DNA of 32,000 nucleotides, taken from contig NZ_CP047931.1 in assembly GCF_014280175.1 (NCBI RefSeq), positions 2,040,001 through 2,072,000 on the forward strand. Direction: 5' to 3'. The position numbers and the translations under genes were made by a program. Of the stretch, positions 30,485 to 32,000 are shown piece after piece. Numbering within the stretch: position 1 is the stretch's first letter; the number at the start of each line of letters is the position of its first letter. The notes under the pieces were generated by a model. That model saw only the letters and a program-made list of their open reading frames with translations, was not told the DNA's origin and did no database searches. Source of the DNA: Synechococcus sp. A15-28. GTDB lineage: Bacteria > Cyanobacteriota > Cyanobacteriia > PCC-6307 > Cyanobiaceae.

Positions 30485-30629
30485 TCACCCCCGGCTGAGC
30501 TGGATCGGGGAGGTCTTGGAGTGAGCTGGGGGCCAGCTGAATCTGGAACAAGGCGGCGTATTCGACGCAGGCTTCCAGGCTGGAACCGACAAAGCGCAGC
30601 ATTCCTTCCCGGTCGTACAAACCCACCAT
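30444..30629 (-). CDS. Small hypothetical protein (~61 aa)
   Basis: MVGLYDREGMLRFVGSSLEACVEYAALFQIQLAPSSLQDLP... looks protein-like. It fills the otherwise empty interval between the PedR-like and CYTH genes. Confidence 0.5.
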   Translation of the reverse strand: MVGLYDREGMLRFVGSSLEACVEYAALFQIQLAPSSLQDLPDPAQPGVIIRGRRHLEGHSS

Positions 30630-30687
30630 CGGCGTCACGCCAGTACAGGCAAATCTAAAGCAAATCAAAAGAGACTTCCAGGCTGGC

Positions 30688-31194
30688 TCAGGCAAAACCG
30701 AACGCCTCTCGCTCCGCCAGGGGCCAATCCTGCAGAGGCCGCCGGGCCAGGGCTGCATTGGACCAACGACCATCCCCGGTGATCTCGCGCCCGCACCAGG
30801 CCGGAATCTCAAGCGCTGTCTGCGCAGACGGCAATTCCACCTCCGCCAGCAGCAGCGGGCCATTGCGTCCTGCAAACTGATCCACGACCCAGTCCCCACC
30901 AACCAGCGACAGGGCAAAACGGGTCTTCTCCAGACGATGGGGAGCCAGGGTCCACAGCGACTCGGCATCCGAAACCGGAATGGCGTACTCGAATTCATGG
31001 CGCACCAGCCCGATGGCGTCAGCGGCCGCCTTCAGGGTCAGCCAGGCGGCCTCTACGCCACGCAGACGAACACGCACCGTCACCCCATCGGCGCTGGCGG
31101 CCAGATAGCCCTGGCGCAGCGGCTGGGGCGCTCCAGCCAACGATCGCCAGCCCTCACCGGTCAGGAGAAAGCGTCGTTCGATTTCGACAGCCAC
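30688..31194 (-). CDS. CYTH-domain protein (triphosphate tunnel metalloenzyme family)
   Basis: MAVEIERRFLLTGEGWRSL (ExExK-like EIERR), RVRLRG, LTLKAA, EKTRFAL, LAEVELPS. Confidence 0.85.
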   Translation of the reverse strand: MAVEIERRFLLTGEGWRSLAGAPQPLRQGYLAASADGVTVRVRLRGVEAAWLTLKAAADAIGLVRHEFEYAIPVSDAESLWTLAPHRLEKTRFALSLVGGDWVVDQFAGRNGPLLLAEVELPSAQTALEIPAWCGREITGDGRWSNAALARRPLQDWPLAEREAFGFA

Positions 31195-31201
31195 GGCTCG
31201 C

Positions 31202-32000
31202 TCAGTTATGGGACGGCTGGGCGGCCATCAGGCTTCCGGCCCAGTGCAGCTTGGAGGCCACAGTGCGGTAATAAGAGGGGCTCTGGTTCAGCTGCACCAT
31301 CTGGGCATGGTGGCGTGCCTGTTGCACCACGCAGCACTCGCCGGGTTCCAGCACCGTGCAGCCAACCCCGTCCTTCCACAGCTTGACCCGGTGATCCCCC
31401 GCCCCGAGGGGCCAGATCACCAGACGGGCCCGCGGCGGCACCACCACCGTGCGGCTGGAGAGGCTCATCGGACAGATCGGAGCCACCACGATGGCGTCGA
31501 TGCCGGGATGCAGGATCGGGCCTCCCGCGGCCAGGGCATACCCCGTGGAACCGGTGGGCGTGGAGAGGATCAACCCATCGCCGCGGATCTGGTCCACCAC
31601 TTCCCCATCGATCTCCAGTTCAAGGGTGCAGGTGGGTGAAATCTCGTCGCGGTAGGCGCGCAGATAGAAGTCGTTGAGAGCCCAGTGATGCTCTTCGTCG
31701 TCCTCAAGATCAGGCTGCTGAAGAGGCGCTGGTGCGTTCGCCCGTTCTTCAGCGCTGCGGCGATCCACCATGGCCTGAAGCATCATCCTCCGCTCCATGG
31801 CGTACTGATCGTTGACCAGTCGCTGCCAGATCTCATTGCCCCGGAGAACACGGCGATCGTGGGTGAGGAAGCCGAGATGGCCCCCCACATTGATGCTGAG
31901 GATGGGAATGTCGTACACCGCCAGGTGACGGGCGGCCCCAAGAACCGTGCCATCACCGCCGAGGACCACCGCCAGATCCGGCAGTTGCTCATGGGTTGCC
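31202..32000 (-). CDS. nadK: NAD kinase (N-terminus outside window)
   Basis: [46 protein letters not shown]..., [16 protein letters not shown]-type [26 protein letters not shown]. Frame is still open at 32000. Confidence 0.95.
   Translation of the reverse strand, partial: ATHEQLPDLAVVLGGDGTVLGAARHLAVYDIPILSINVGGHLGFLTHDRRVLRGNEIWQRLVNDQYAMERRMMLQAMVDRRSAEERANAPAPLQQPDLEDDEEHHWALNDFYLRAYRDEISPTCTLELEIDGEVVDQIRGDGLILSTPTGSTGYALAAGGPILHPGIDAIVVAPICPMSLSSRTVVVPPRARLVIWPLGAGDHRVKLWKDGVGCTVLEPGECCVVQQARHHAQMVQLNQSPSYYRTVASKLHWAGSLMAAQPSHN

Overview
This 32 kb window reads as core chromosome of a GC-rich marine Synechococcus/Cyanobium-type cyanobacterium. It is densely packed with housekeeping and photosynthesis genes. 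By family recognition these are: a stand-alone psbD (D2); tRNA-Asn(GTT); the OmpR-type response regulators RpaA and RpaB; a Cu-type P1B-ATPase/tmk/holB run; ycf3; radA; a plsX-fabH-fabD-plsC lipid operon; ycf34/tsaB/YdcF-like; a CCA-adding enzyme; an RRM protein; crtB/crtP; ndhM-DUF3172; an RbcR-like LysR regulator; an NnrU/Z-ISO-like membrane protein; ndhF and ndhD; LapA-like; ScpA-like; a sugar-phosphate nucleotidyltransferase; metF; a PedR-like LuxR regulator; a CYTH protein; and a partial nadK. I found no mobile element, CRISPR array, phage or defence module, and no clearly new multi-gene system. The points worth a second look are modest: two tandem inverted repeats in the psbD leader, an 11-bp hairpin between ndhF and ndhD, a CATG in which ycf34 and cca may start on opposite strands, a chain of convergent genes that overlap or nearly touch, a His/Met-rich exit-side loop in the copper ATPase, a DUF3172 gene translationally overlapped with ndhM, an NnrU/Z-ISO homolog near crtB/crtP, an N-terminal extension on PlsX, and a small Cys-rich PedR-like regulator. 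Product names rest on remembered family motifs; no database search was run.
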